From Mobula hypostoma (taxonomy: Eukaryota), in contig NC_086097.1 in the NCBI RefSeq assembly GCF_963921235.1, forward strand, positions 141,982,001-142,046,000: 64,000 nt of DNA, written 5' to 3'. Of this stretch, positions 24,690 through 37,779 are shown in pieces. The notes beneath the pieces are model-generated. The model made no database searches. It was given only the letters and a program-made list of their open reading frames with translations, and was not told where the DNA came from. The number at the start of each line of letters is the position of its first letter. The stretch's first letter is position 1. The translations under genes and the position numbers were made by a program.

Positions 24690-25340
24690 ATTGACGCAGA
24701 CAAAAATATAAAATCTAGAATCTGGTGCAAAAATTGAACTGCTGGATGAACTGGATGTCAGGCAGCATTTGTAGAGGGAAATGGAGAGCCAGTGTTTCAG
24801 ATTGAGTCCTTTCTCTAAATTGTTGTCTTTCCTCAGAACACAGAAATCAAGTTCTGACAAACGTCTTTAGCCTGTAATATAAACTCTGATTCTCTTTCCA
24901 TGGATACTGCCTGACCCACTGAGGTTTCCAGCAATTTTTATTTTAATTTTGGACTTTAAGTATTTGCAGTTTGTTTTCGTTCTTATCAACAAATGTTTGA
25001 TGATACTTGAATGTGCAAGTGCAATACCGTATGTAGTCCAGGACAACATAGACTTAGAAAGGAAATACTGTAGTGAGCTGGGTAGCACTTGTGAAAGAGA
25101 AACAATTTGTTTCAGGTCCACGTTCTTAAATCAGAACTGGTAAAGAGGGAAGATAAATTTTAAGTTATAGAGAGGGTATGGGACAATTCCCTTTTTTCCA
25201 TCCATCCCTCCCAGCCCTCTCTGCAACTTCAAATTGACATGTTTTCTCTCTTTCTCAATTCATCTGATCCTGTTAATTCTGTTTTTTTTTTACACAGATT
25301 CTCTCAGGCTCTATTGAGTGTTTCTAGCATTTTCTGCTAT
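24690..25340. mobile_element. old Penelope terminal fragments in inverted pairs
   Basis: Degenerate copies of GCTGCCTGACC...GAG..TCCAGCA on both strands. Confidence 0.55.
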
Positions 25341-26163
25341 TTTGATTTTGTGTGGAGCAAGTCTTATCTGCAAATTTGGAGCTATCAGTTAGCTATTGTT
25401 TAGGGATGTTATGAATGTAAATGCACCATTACAGTACTGGTTACTATGGGTGGGTATGGCTCAAGGTCATCATATCAGAGCATTGAAGGGAGGCCAAGCT
25501 GGAAAAAATCTGGCTGCTTTGCAGAAGAGAGAGTAAATAATCCATACTGTATAAATATCTCTCTCTACTCTGCCATCAAACAGACCTAACCATTTACAGA
25601 GTTTATTAGCTGTACTTTGAAATATTCCATGGATTAGATTGCGTGAATCTCTCTACTCTCCATTAAACACACTCAGGAATTTTGCAGCACTGGTTAGAAA
25701 CAGGCTTCCAATCTCTGTGTTGTGATATCAAACACTTTGAGCAAAAGTCCAGTGTGCATCAGTTGCAGACCAGGGCTCCAGCCATGCACTTTAGTCTCCT
25801 ACAGCAACAGGAACAGGTTACATTTTTTATCGCCCAGGAGTCCTGTGGCTTCCATAAGTAAGATTGATTGAACAGGAAATGGATTTTGGATTTGTGAAAT
25901 CTGTAGAGCCTTCAGGAATTGAAATAGACCTTTTCTGAGAGTGAAGTGAAAGAAGAGATATATTCCTTGAGTTTGAATTGGATTTAATTATAGATCCCAA
26001 AGATGGGAAAGGGGCTTTTAATTCACAGCTCTGTGGAGTACAGGACAGTTGTGAGTTTGTTATCCATTTATTTGTCTGTTATGCTGTTTTTTCACAAAAT
26101 TAAACTTAAGGGAATGTTCTTGGACACTGGAGGTAAACTTGTGTATCTTTGTCTTCATGGCAG

Positions 26164-26316
26164 GATTTGGGCTTGCTTAACCAAAAAAACCATCCACTGA
26201 CCCATGCCATGTACAACCTGGCGGCAATAAAAGAATTGAGTGAAAAGGAACGGAGACCAACCAGGCTAGAAATCCCCAAGGATCTCCAACAACGAATCCA
26301 ACAACATCTGGACCAA
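26164..26316 (+). CDS. DHX30: DHX30 exon
   Basis: ggcag|GAT...CAA|gtcagt; 153 bp; DLGLLNQKNHPLTHAMYNLAAIKEL. Confidence 0.95.
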
Positions 26317-26500
26317 GTCAGTAAATTCTTAGTCTTTATATAAGCAACTGATAAACTAGCCTGACATTAAAATTGTTTCCGAGCAAACTATTTCTGTCAT
26401 ATTTTAAAACTGTAGCAATGTTTTTACACTGCTGAGATTTGAAAAAGCTTGCTGCATTGAAGGTTACAGGAACACTTTAGTTAGACCTGTTTAAAATTTA

Positions 26501-26761
26501 GGCTGGCTGGTGGCGCAATGGCATCAGCGCCGGACACTGGAGCGAAGGCTCCTGAGTTCCAATCCAAGTCGGGCCATCCCCTGAGCACGCTTTCCATCCG
26601 TGCCGGGTTGATTGTCGAGCTAGCCACTCGACCTTGTAAAAAAAAAGGGTCGAGTCAGGAACGTTCATATCGTGACCCGGTTAATCCGAAAGGTGACCAA
26701 TCTTGACACCATGCGCCAGACAAGAATGGCTGACTGTCTGGTGCAACGCACTGAAAAAAAA
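26501..26761 (+). mobile_element. tRNA-derived SINE, young, CpG-rich, A tail
   Basis: A box TGGCGCAATGG (26511), B box GAGTTCCAATCC (26554), two internal stems, A8 tail. Confidence 0.8.
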
Positions 26762-27049
26762 GGAATGGTTTTGAAAGAATGGCAATGAAGTAACTGTTTC
26801 TGCTGGCTAAAGGATTGATGATGAGAGGATTTAAGCTAACTGGCAAAATTCAGAAGTGATGAGAAATGTATTTTGCTTGGAGTGTATGCTGTACTACTGT
26901 TAGACAAGAATGGTGGAAGCAGAAGGAATTAAGTATCTATGACCACTGGATAAAGAATCCAAGGCTGTAGCTGGGTAAGAGGATTATTAGATTGCCTTTT
27001 CAAATAAACTGCACAGATGCTGTGGATGAAATGTAGTGATGTGAGGTAA

Positions 27050-28385
27050 GGGACATTTGGAAAGCGGTGAAATGATCGGACAAAGTCAGCATGGATTTGT
27101 GAAAGGAAAATCATGTCTGACGAATCTCATAGAATTTTTTGAGGATGTAACTAGTAGAGTGGATAGGGGAGAACCAGTGGATGTGGTATATTTGGATTTT
27201 CAAAAGGCTTTTGACAAGGTCCCACACAGGAGATTAGTGTGCAAACTTAAAGCACACGGTATTGGGGGTAAGGTATTGGTGTGGGTGGAGAATTGGTTAG
27301 CAGACAGGAAGCAAAGAGTGGGAATAAACGGGACCTTTTCAGAATGGCAGGCGGTGACTAGTGGGGTACCACAAGGCTCAGTGCTGGGACCCCAGTTGTG
27401 TACAATATATATTAATGACTTGGATGAGGGAATTAAATGCAGCATCTCCAAGTTTGCGGATGACACGAAGCTGGGTGGCAGTGTTAGCAGTGAGGAGGAT
27501 GCTAAGAGGATGCAGGGTGACTTGGATAGGTTGGGTGAGTGGGCAAATTCATGGCAGATGCAATTTAATGTGGATAAATGTGAAGTTATCCACTTTGGTG
27601 GCAAAAATAGGAAAACAGATTATTATCAGAATGGTGGCCGATTAGGAAAAGGGGAGGTGCAACGAGACCTGGGTGTCATTATACACCAGTCATTGAAAGT
27701 GGGCATGCAGGTACAGCAGGCGGTGAAAAAGGCGAATGGTATGCTGCCATTTATAGCGAGAGGATTCGAGTACAGGAGCAGGGACGTACTACTGCAGTTG
27801 TACAAGGCCTTGGTGAGACCACACCTGGAGTATTGTGTGCAGTTTTGGTCCCCTAATCTGAGGAAAGACATCTTTGCCATAGAGGGAGTACAAAGAAGGT
27901 TCACCAGATTGATTCCTGGGATGGCGGGACTTTCATATGAAGAAAGACTGGATGAATTGGGCTTGTACTCGTTGGAATTTAGAAGATTGAGGGGGGATCT
28001 GATTGAAACGTATAAGATCCTAAAGGGATTGGACAGGCTAGATGCAGGAAGATTGTTCCCGATGTTGGGGAAGTCCAGAACGAGGGGTCACAGTTTGAGG
28101 ATAGAGGGGAAGCCTTTTAGGACCGAGATTAGGAAAAACTTCTTCACACGGAGAGTGGTGAATCTGTGGAATTCTCTGTCACAGGAAACTGTTGAGGCCA
28201 GTTCATTGGCTATATTTAAGAGGCAGTTAGCTATGGCCCTTGTGGCTATGGGGGTCAGGGGGTATGGAGGGAAGGCTGGGGCGGGGTTCTGAGTTGGATG
28301 ATCAACCATGATCATAATAAATGGCGGTGCAGGCTCGAAGGGCCGAATGGCCTACTCCTGCACCTATTTTCTATGTTTCTATGTA
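27050..28385 (+). mobile_element. CR1-clade LINE, young, 5'-truncated, uninterrupted RT frame
   Basis: 411-aa ORF 27057-28292 (QHGF, YLDFQKAFDKV, GVPQGSVLGP, KFADD); (TTCTATGT)n tail. Confidence 0.95.
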
Positions 28386-29830
28386 CTTGCAGTTGTGCTT
28401 GTGTTATTAGAGAAACGATGTCCTTAAATATTGTGAAAAATAGTATTTGCTATTTTTTTTATTTGATATGTAGAGCAATGGTTACTCAGCAATTCAATAT
28501 ACCTCTAACAGCTATCTTACTGCAGGACTGCAAATTTATCCCAGAATCCAAAAACATTAGTTGGAAATCCAGGAGTTTTATAGGTTGATCAGACATTGGT
28601 GATATCAATTTTTGTGTCTCTTTCTCACAGCTAGTGTATGACAACTTGCATTCTTTACAGCAACATGTACTTATTTCATTATGACCCTTATCGTCTTCAA
28701 TTTTAGCAATTAAAATTCTTAGTTTTGATGTAGTTTTATTTTTATTGAACTGTCAATCAAATCATTAGACTGATCAAAGGCCTTCTGCAGACATTATTAA
28801 CACTTGTCAGTTTTTTGTTAAGGCATTTGTGAGGGAGTTGGTGCCTAGAAAGCTTTACATCCTATGTGAAAGGTCAGTTTGGAATTACACCTTCACAAAT
28901 TAATGACTGAAGCCCTGGGAGGATTCTTAACAACTATGTCAAGCCTTGTACAAACAAAGGAACCTTGTCCAATGCTGAATCCACCAAAAGTTATTTAATG
29001 ACTCCTTGGCAAAATGTTTAATTCCCATTGTTCACAAAGAAACACATTTAAAAACATACTTTTCCAAATAAAACAGAACTGACTATAGCATTTTCAATCA
29101 TAAAAGTCCATTCAACAGGCATAAAGCTAAAAATTGCTATTAATAGAATGTGAAGAATTCAAGACAATTTTAAATAAGCTTTTCCTTTTAGTCTTAAAGT
29201 TAGAAACACCATGAAAGGTACTGAATTGGTATTAATATCCAGATATCCCATTTCAGTATCCATAGTGTAGGTGATTGCAATCATAAACTACTTTGTAGTT
29301 CCATATTATGTTTCTGTTATTTTAGGGAGCTGTTCTATTGTGCAAAGAATTTATCAGAATATTTATTATCAGTTCTTCAGGATTACGAGATATGGAAAAT
29401 AATGCAAACCTTGCCAATGTCACATCTTAACAAACAAAAAACTTTGATATTGAGGGCTTTGGGGAATAGAAATTGAAATGGAATTAACAGGGCCTGTTTA
29501 TTTAAAAAGAGCCACCACAAACCCAATGGGCTACACATGTGCCTGTACTATACAATTCTGTTAATCTCTGCCTGAACCTGTACATTAAGAATGACTAATT
29601 GAGAATGTGGGAACAAAAATCCATGAATTTATATTGAATTGTGTTGTGCTATTCAGACACACACGATTCCACCTATTACTTTGAATCAAACGTTGGCCTT
29701 CTGAAGGGAATGAATACAAAATTTATTTTTAAAGTCAGTTAATTATACTTTTTTGTGACATCTTTAGTATGTGCTTATCAATCACAGGAATACAGCTAAC
29801 ATTTTTCTTCTTCCCGTGTTTCTCCCTCAG

Positions 29831-30658
29831 TACACAGTGGAGACTCCACCTGACCTCAGTGAGCCCAAACTTATCAACCCTGACCCAGAAATTATGGATC
29901 CAACATCAAAGTTTGGTTTGATTAGTGATGCCATCACAGGAAATGCCTACGTTCCAATGTTACCTGAAGAGATGGAACGCATCAATCAGAGATTGCGCAG
30001 GCTATGGCAGAGATCCAAGCCGGGGAAGGTTAAGCCACTTCCTGTTGACTCTCACAAGGAAGCAATCATCTCTGCCATTGAGGAAAACCGCATTGTGGTC
30101 ATAGCTGGAGCAACTGGATGTGGAAAGACCACCAGGATCCCACAGTTCATACTGGAGAAATTCATAACTGATAACCGAGGAGCCCACTGTAACATTCTGG
30201 TAACTCAGCCCCGGAGGATCAGTGCTGTGTCAGTGGGGCAAAGGGTAGCCTATGAAATGGGACCAGCCCTCAAGAAAAACGTGGGCTACCAGGTACGGTT
30301 GGAGAGCATGTTGCCTCCACGAGGAGGGGCATTGCTGTTCTGTACTGTTGGTATTCTCTTGAAGAAGCTGCAAGGGAATCCCTCACTAGAAGGTATTAGT
30401 CACGTCATTGTGGATGAAGTCCATGAGCGTGATGTCAACACCGATTTCCTGCTCATCTTGCTGAAGAATGTAATGGATGCTAACCCCAAGCTGAAGATCA
30501 TCCTGATGAGTGCCACCAGTGACATTGAGCGGATATCAGATTACTATGGGAATTGCCCTGTAGTGACTGTGCCAGGGTTCATGTACCCTGTGAAGGATTA
30601 TTATCTAGAAGATATCCTACCAATGCTTGGACAAAAGGAAACAATTCAACTCAGTCAA
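29831..30658 (+). CDS. DHX30: DHX30 large exon, RecA1 helicase domain
   Basis: cctcag|TAC...CAA|gtaagt; 828 bp; Walker [26 protein letters not shown]. Confidence 0.97.
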
Positions 30659-30809
30659 GTAAGTGGTTAAGTTTTTTAAAAATTGCATTGATGCAGCTTG
30701 GTTCCTTTTTCCCCAAACACGTCATTGTTAATGGAAGTGAAGTGACCTGTTTATTTGTAGAAGTGATGGAAATATTCAGTAAATATGTTTTTTGGGTACT
30801 GTTGATTTA

Positions 30810-30940
30810 AGGAGGATAGCGGGCCAGAACATGAGAAAAAATGAGGATAGGAATTAAAACGGTTGGCCACTGGGAAATCATGCTTTTTGCAAATGATGTG
30901 GTGGTGCTCAAGAATGTGGTTTCCCAATTTATGTTGTGTC
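30810..30940 (-). mobile_element. Penelope GIY-YIG fragment (inverted)
   Basis: GPLYIGETQHKLGNHILEH...FPVANRFN. Confidence 0.8.
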
Positions 30941-31636
30941 TCACCAATATAGAGAGGACCGGATACATTGTGTCTCACCAATGTAGAGAGGACCAGATAT
31001 GTTGGGTCTCACCAATGTAGAGAGGAAGAGATACGTTGTGTCTCACCAATGTAGAGAGGACCGGATACGTTGTGTCTCACCAATGTAGAGAGGACCGGAT
31101 ACATTGGGTCTCACCAATGTAGAGAGGATCAGATAGGTTGTGTCTCACCAATGTAGAGAGGACCGGATAGGTCACGTCTCACCAGTATAGAGAGGACCGG
31201 ATATGTTGTGTCTCACCAATATAGAGAGGACCGGATACGTTGTGTCTCACCAATGTAGAGAGGACCGGATGCATTGTGTCTCACCAGTATAGAGAGGACT
31301 GGATACATTGGGTCTCACCAATGTAGAGAGGACCGGATACGTTGGGTCTCACCAATGTAGAGAGGATCGGATAGGTCGTGTCTCACCAATATAGAGAGGA
31401 CCAGATATGTTGTGTCTCAGCAATGTAGAGAGGACCGGATACGTTGGGTCTCACCAATATAGAGAGGACCGGATACGTTGGGTCTCACCAATATAGAGAG
31501 GACCGGATACGTTGTGTCTCACCAATGTAGAGAGGACCAGATACGTTGTGGCTCACCAATATAGAGAGGACCGGATACATTGTGTCTCACCAGTATAGAG
31601 AGGACCGGGTACGTTGGGTCTCAGCAATGTAGAGGA
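30933..31636. repeat. 34-bp minisatellite, about 20.5 copies
   Basis: Consensus GTTGTGTCTCACCAATGTAGAGAGGACCGGATAC; TCACCA register recurs every 34 nt from 30941 to 31621. Confidence 0.97.
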
Positions 31637-31649
31637 GGCCACAACTGGA

Positions 31650-32220
31650 GCAGAACTTCCCGATGGCCAACAATTTTAATTCCTATTCCCATTCCCATTC
31701 TGACAAGTTGGTCCTTGACCTCCTCTTCTGCCACGATGAGGCCATTCTCAGGGTGGAGGAGGAACACCTCATATTCTGCCTAGTTCTGTCTAGGTAGCTT
31801 CCAACCTGATGGCATGAGCATCAATTTTTCTTTCTAGTAATTCCACCCCCCTTCTTCTCTTCCCTCCTCTGGCCTCTTACCTCTTCTCCTCACCTGCCCA
31901 TCACCTCCCCCAGTGCCCCTCCTCCGTCCCTTTCTCCCAAGGTCCACTCTCCTCTTCTATCATTCCTTCTTTTTCTGCTCTTTGCCTTTTCCACTTTCCA
32001 GCTTCTTACCACATCCCCTCTCCCCCACCGACCTGGCTTCATCTGTTGCTCTCTAGCTTGTCCTACTTCTCCACCCCCCCCACACCTTTTTGTTTTAGCA
32101 TCTTCCCCCTTCCTTTCCAGTGCAGATAAAAGGGCTCGTCCCAAAACATTGACTATTTATACAATTTCATAGATGCTTCTTGGCCTGCTGAGTTCATCCA
32201 GCATTATGTGTATGTTGCAA
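31650..32220 (+). mobile_element. Penelope endonuclease C-terminus, 3'UTR and terminal repeat with decayed hammerhead
   Basis: FPMANNFNSYSHSHSD...RVEEEHLIFCL...GSFQPDGM; pyrimidine-rich UTR; GATGCTTCTTGGCCTGCTGAGTTC. Confidence 0.8.
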
Positions 32221-32249
32221 GAGTTTCCATTGTTGTTCAGGCGAAACAT

Positions 32250-32658
32250 TATAATGGAGAAGAAATTTTTATTGTGGAATGATTGTTGATGCCAGAAGTG
32301 GTGGTTTGAGTACCTTAGAAACTGCTGATCTCCTGGGGTTTTCACATACGACAGTCTGTGGATTTAAAGAGAATGTTGTGGAAAACAAAGAACATCCAGT
32401 GAGCAGTAGTTCTGTGGGCAAAAACACCTTGTTAGTGAGAGAGGTCAAAGGAGAATAGCCAGATTTCTTCAAGTTGTTTGGAATGCATCAGTAACTCAAA
32501 TAGCCATGTGTTACAACAGTGGTGTGCAGAAGAGCATTTCTGAACACACAACATATCGAACCTTGAGGTGGATGGGCTACAGCAGCAGAAGACCGCAGAT
32601 ATACTGTCAGTGGCCACTTTAAGTACAGGAGGTCCCTAATAAAGTGGTCACTGAGTGT
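32250..32658 (+). mobile_element. Tc1-like non-autonomous fragment
   Basis: GMIVDARSGGLST/ETADLLGFSHTTV transposase N-terminus; terminal CCTAATAAAGTGGTCACTGAGTG followed by TA. Confidence 0.7.
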
Positions 32659-33174
32659 ATAAAGGTGCTTCATTCCAAGAACTGGGAATTCGTTCTAATC
32701 CAGTGATGAGATGGCTTTTGACTAAATCATATTGGCACTTGGAACTTAATGACAAAGAAAGAATTGTGAATAATCCTGAAATATAAGTCTGGTATCAACA
32801 ATAGCATGAGGTTATCAAATTGTCAATAAACATAACTTGTATTTCAGGGAAACAAATGATCTGCCTTTGCATGTACAGCAAATGTTTGTCTCCAGAGCCA
32901 CAGCAATAATTTTGTGTGCTCTGTAATTTGCCTGTAAAGTCCTGGTGGTCACTCAAACCACTATAGAAAAGCTCAATAAAAATAAAATCAAGTAGGTAAC
33001 TAACTGGTACTGGATTTAGACACAAAAAGGTATACTTAGTGAGAATCTTCCCTAATTAACATTTGAATATAAGGAGATCAATCATACACTAGCCCTGATA
33101 AAGAGATATTCACAGACTATACCTCCTAGCCAGAATATTAATTAATTAATTTTAATTTTATATTAATTAATCTT

Positions 33175-33881
33175 AATCTACAAAACTTAATTGATATAGT
33201 TGTTGAAGAAAGTGAAAATTGCAAAAAGACAGAATGTATGGTAATATCCAAAAGGAAGGAGAATCCTATCTGCAGGCTGAGAATAAACGGGGAAGACATA
33301 AAACAAGTACAGAACATTTGCTATTTAGGAAGCTGGGTGACATCAGATGGCAGGTGCAACATGGACATCAAAAGAAGAATAGGGATGGCAAAAGACACCT
33401 TCACGAGAATGAAGAGTATGCTGACCAATACTAAACTAGGCATGACAACCCACCTCAGTGTATCCAGTTATGTTATATGGCTCAGAATGTTGGACAATAT
33501 CTAGTAACATGAGGAAACGAATTGTAGCAGCAGAGATGTGGTTTTTGAGGAGGATGGAAAGAATATCATGGACGAAACGAATATCTAACGAGGATGTCAT
33601 GAACAGAGCAAACACAAAAAGGGAAATAATGTATGAGATCATGAAAAGGCAACGTAACTTCATTGGACATGTGATTAGGAAAGAGGAGTTAGAATGCACG
33701 GTAATTATGGGAAAGATTGAAGGGAAGAAAGCAAGAGGAAGACAAAGACAAATGATGATGGAGACAGCAGCCAGAGAACTGGAAATGAATACCAATGAAT
33801 TGATCCACTTGACCCGAAACAGGAGTGTGTGGACCATGGCAGTCAAAGCTCAGACTGGGCATGGCACCTGATGATGATGAT
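33175..33881 (+). mobile_element. RTE-clade LINE 3' fragment
   Basis: DIKRRIGMAKDTF, YPVMLYGSECWT, GHVIRK...GKIEGKKARGRQR; (TGA)n tail. Confidence 0.85.
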
Positions 33882-34941
33882 AGTTTTTCCAGTCAGCAGG
33901 GCAACCTAATAGGGGTAACAGAGTTGTATGTCATAAATCAGTGACTCTGGGAGTCTGCAAAATGACTGGATTCAATACACTGTTAAGGCATCATGTCAAA
34001 AATGGGTAAGGAATTTTCTGATGGTTGCCATGTACTGACCTTCCTCAGCTGATGTATTAATACTTCTGTTGAAGTTTGCTTGAAAATAGTGCTGAGAGTA
34101 GCAAGGGCAGAGAATTTTGAGGGATGCTGGCCTTGTAATATCATTAATGAGTTAGCTGAGTCCAAAGTACATAGCTGCTTGAGATGGTAAAAGAATCAAC
34201 GAGGGGAAAGTCAAATTGAACCTTTCATCACATGTCTCTGGGCTGAAGGTGCATCTGCTATGAGAGTACTTAGTGGGAGTATGTGACCATCACATAGCCT
34301 TTATGGAGATGAAGTTATTTTTTTACTCAAGGTATTGTCACGTTTTGTAGGACACTCAACTTGCCAAATGGTATAATTTCAGAATGGACAATTCAAAACT
34401 GGTAACCCTGAGGCATCATGGATTATTAGATTAAGTAAAATTTAATTCTGGCATCGCTTATAACTTTGCAACTTGAATTCCTTGGGTAAACATCTTACTA
34501 TGGTCACCATGTATCATGCCATGGTACTTGTTCTTCTCTTTGGCACTCTCAGTTCTTACATTCACAATATTTTCTTGTAGTTGAGGAATTATATGCAGAA
34601 TTAAAAGGGATAAGACTGGACTGACTTGTGAGAATAATGTTGGAGGATAACTAATTAAAAAAGGAGTGCTTGTTGCATGTGAAAGCTGCTTTGTGTAACC
34701 ATTTATCAAGGATGCCTGGCAACAGAGTACTACGTGATAACGAATGTTTAACAAGCAGCCCCAGACAGTACTCGGGGCTCACTTGATTGCAGATTTTCCC
34801 AGGCTCTATCATACCACGATACTTGTTCTTCTCTTTGGCTCTATGAATTGCTCAGTTCTTACGACCACAATATTTTCTTGTGTCACATTTGTGTCATGCT
34901 CGTTTTCATAGCTATATCACCTCTTTGATAATATTTAACAG

Positions 34942-35017
34942 GATGAGGAAGATCCTGTTCCTGATCTTGACTTGGTCACCGACACAATTCTGCATATTGA
35001 CAAGCATGGTGAACCTG
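34942..35017 (+). CDS. DHX30: DHX30 exon
   Basis: taacag|GAT...CCT G|gtaaga; DEEDPVPDLDLVTDTILHIDKHGEP. Confidence 0.93.
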
Positions 35018-35179
35018 GTAAGAAATATCTGTTGATTATCTCTGGCGTTTGATTCTGAATATATAAATGAAGGCCACTTTATCTCCCCCCGCCCCACCCC
35101 TCCGATTTGATTACTGGCTTGGCCAAAGTGATGGGACAAGTTTAATTCAGCCTCTTGTGCACTAATGAGATGTGATGAA

Positions 35180-35745
35180 TTAGAAACATAGAAAATCTAC
35201 AGGCCCCTTGGCCCACGATGCTGTGCCAAACCTGTACTTACTTTAGAACTTACCTAGGGTTACCCAGAGCCCTCTATTTTTTTAAGCTCCATGTACCTAT
35301 CCAGGAATCTCTTAAAAGACCCTATCGTATCCACCTCCATCACCATCGCTGGCAGCCTATTCCACGCACTGACCACTCTCTGCGTTTTAAAGGAAACTTG
35401 CCCCTGACATCTCCTCTGTACCTTCTTCCAAGCACCTTAAAGCTGTGCCCTCTTGTTTTAGCCATTTCAGCCCTGGGAAAAAGCCTCTGACTATCCACAC
35501 GATCAATGCCTCTCATCATCTTATACACCTCTATCAGGTCACCCCATATCCTCCGCTGCTCCAAGGAGAAAAGGTCGAGTTCTCTCAACCTATTCTCATA
35601 AGGCATGCTCCCCAATTCAGGCAACATCCTTGTAAATCTCCTCTGCACCCTTTCTATAGATACCACATCCTTCCTGTAGTGAGGTGACCAGAGTTGAGCA
35701 CAGTACTCCAAGGGGTACTGACCAGGATCCTATATAGCTGTAACA
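35180..35745 (-). mobile_element. CR1 LINE 3' fragment
   Basis: LEYCAQLWSPHYRKDV...TRGHSFK; tail-type TAGAAACATAGAAA. Confidence 0.88.
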
Positions 35746-36655
35746 ATTAGTCAAGAGATGATAAATATCTGGAGAGGACAGTGTTAGATTAAACAACAAT
35801 CATCCTGGTGTAAAATCAAGTTCCTGATAAATGGAGAATGCTTGAAATAATTTAGCACCAATGATTTCCAAACGTTTCCACTGCTAGATTTTTCCATAAC
35901 TTATTCCTCATTCTATTGTGGCCTAATTGATTTCTGTCATTATCAGTTCCATTTGCAGTACACCATGGAATGACCAGGAAAATGAAGAGAAATGATGACA
36001 CCATGGTGTTTTCGGTGCAGAAAATCCTGCCTTTTATTTTCCCTCTCCCTCTCCCTCGCCCTCTCCATGTTAACAACCTGTAGCAGAATCTAACTTGAGT
36101 CTGAAACGAGCAGTTGGCTGAATGGTCTTTTTAGTCTAATTGTAAAAAGTAAAATTGCATAAAGTTTGCAATGACTTTTCAAGTTAATCAGTGGAATAGC
36201 ATTTACTCCCTTTCTCCCCCCATCCCACTGTCATCTAGTTTGTCAGAATTACCCACTCCAGTTTCTATAAATTCCTTGTACAGAATCATTTTGAAGGTTG
36301 GCATGAGGTTTTATGTCGTCCTGCCAGCATTGCCACCTAGAATATATTTGGCAAGTGTGTGAACTATTCATACCAAGCCTACACACACTGCAAAGGGGCT
36401 CTATCATGCAATATTGCACCGTAGGCTGCATCCTGAGAAAGATTTAGGCTGCAAATTACTGTTAATTGGAATGAGAGAAATTTATTTAATATCAAGGGTA
36501 TTGTACTCATGCTATCAAAGAACCACCACTTGAGTATAGGACAAAAATAGCTGTTATCCTTAATGGAGAGGAGGCAATTAAATTGATCAAAGAGTGTAGT
36601 GATGGAAACAAGACTTTAAATCAGCTTTTAACTAACTTGTGTGTTTTTATTTTAG

Positions 36656-36760
36656 GGGGAATTTTGTGTTTCTTGCCAGGCTGGCAGGAGATCAGAGGGG
36701 TCCAACAGCGACTTGAAGAACATCTTTCCACCAGAAAAGAAAACTGCATCATTTTACCTG
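36656..36760 (+). CDS. DHX30: DHX30 exon (motif IV)
   Basis: ttttag|GG GGA...CCT G|gtgagt; [19 protein letters not shown]. Confidence 0.95.
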
Positions 36761-37779
36761 GTGAGTGTTTTCACAAACTTAGAATGTATCTGGAAGGCAT
36801 GTGAATGTCCCATGGTTTACTTCAATTAATTAGTTAACATGTTATTTTTGGATTTGGTTAATCCTCATGATATGAACCACAGCACAACAAGTGATGGAAC
36901 GAGTGAATATCACAGTTTTACTCTTTAAATATGATATAAGCAAGCATTTGCAGTAATCGGGGTAATGTCTGTGCCACACTACCTAATTGTGACAAAACAG
37001 CGAATCTTATTGTGTGTTTGCATACCCTCTGTTATAAGATGAACGCAGTGACGGACTGTACAATTAAATGAATTGCCAGCATTTTGTGAGCAGCCTCAAA
37101 AGAAGAATGATGACTTGTGCAAAATAGTGAGGGATGGGTGGCGTTCATGAATCTGTTCTCCTGCATGGAGAACTCCTGGGGAAAGGCAGGAATTGTTGCT
37201 TGAATTGATGACCTAAATTCATCAGGCCACACTCTTCCTTTGTGAAACCAAATGAGTATGTTAGATTTGCATATTAAAATTTCATATGTAGTGGAGCAAG
37301 TTAAATTTGTTTCCTCTTATCAGTAATAATGCAGGTGTGATTTTGGTTATCTCAACATGAATTTGTTTTGTGTTGTACTTATGTGGGCAATCTCTCACAC
37401 GTAAAAAAGTACAACATTGGAACAGGCATTTCAGCCTACCATGTTTACACCAACCAAACTAAACTGCATTCATCTGCCTGACATGGTCCATAATCCTCTG
37501 TTCCCTGCCTGTTCACTTAACTGCCTAAATACCTCTTAAATGCTGTTATTATATTTGCTTCTACCACCTTTCTTGGCAGTATCTTCCAGGCACCTTCCAT
37601 TCTCTGTATGGAGAAAGGAAAATCTTGACTTTACAAATTTACTTTACATTTGCCCCTCTTGTCGTAAACCTATGTCCTCTAGTATTTTACAGTTTCACCA
37701 CAGAAAGAAAACCCCACCATAAACCCTATTTATGCCTCTCATTATCTGATACACTTTTGTTTCATTAGGGTCCAGACAT

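Noticed and set aside
26501..26575. tRNA gene
   Set aside because: A and B boxes are present, but there is no clean cloverleaf and the sequence continues into a SINE body and tail; the same applies to 40270-40345.
27057..28292. Domesticated reverse transcriptase gene
   Set aside because: 5'-truncated CR1 with a tail and a near-identical sister copy; the open frame reflects youth.
29771..30670. Standalone 299-aa helicase gene or retrocopy
   Set aside because: It is an 828-bp internal exon with canonical splice sites in phase with its neighbours.
30933..31636. CRISPR-like array with 34-bp period
   Set aside because: Units abut with no unique spacers, there are no cas genes, the context is a vertebrate intron, and the unit derives from Penelope.
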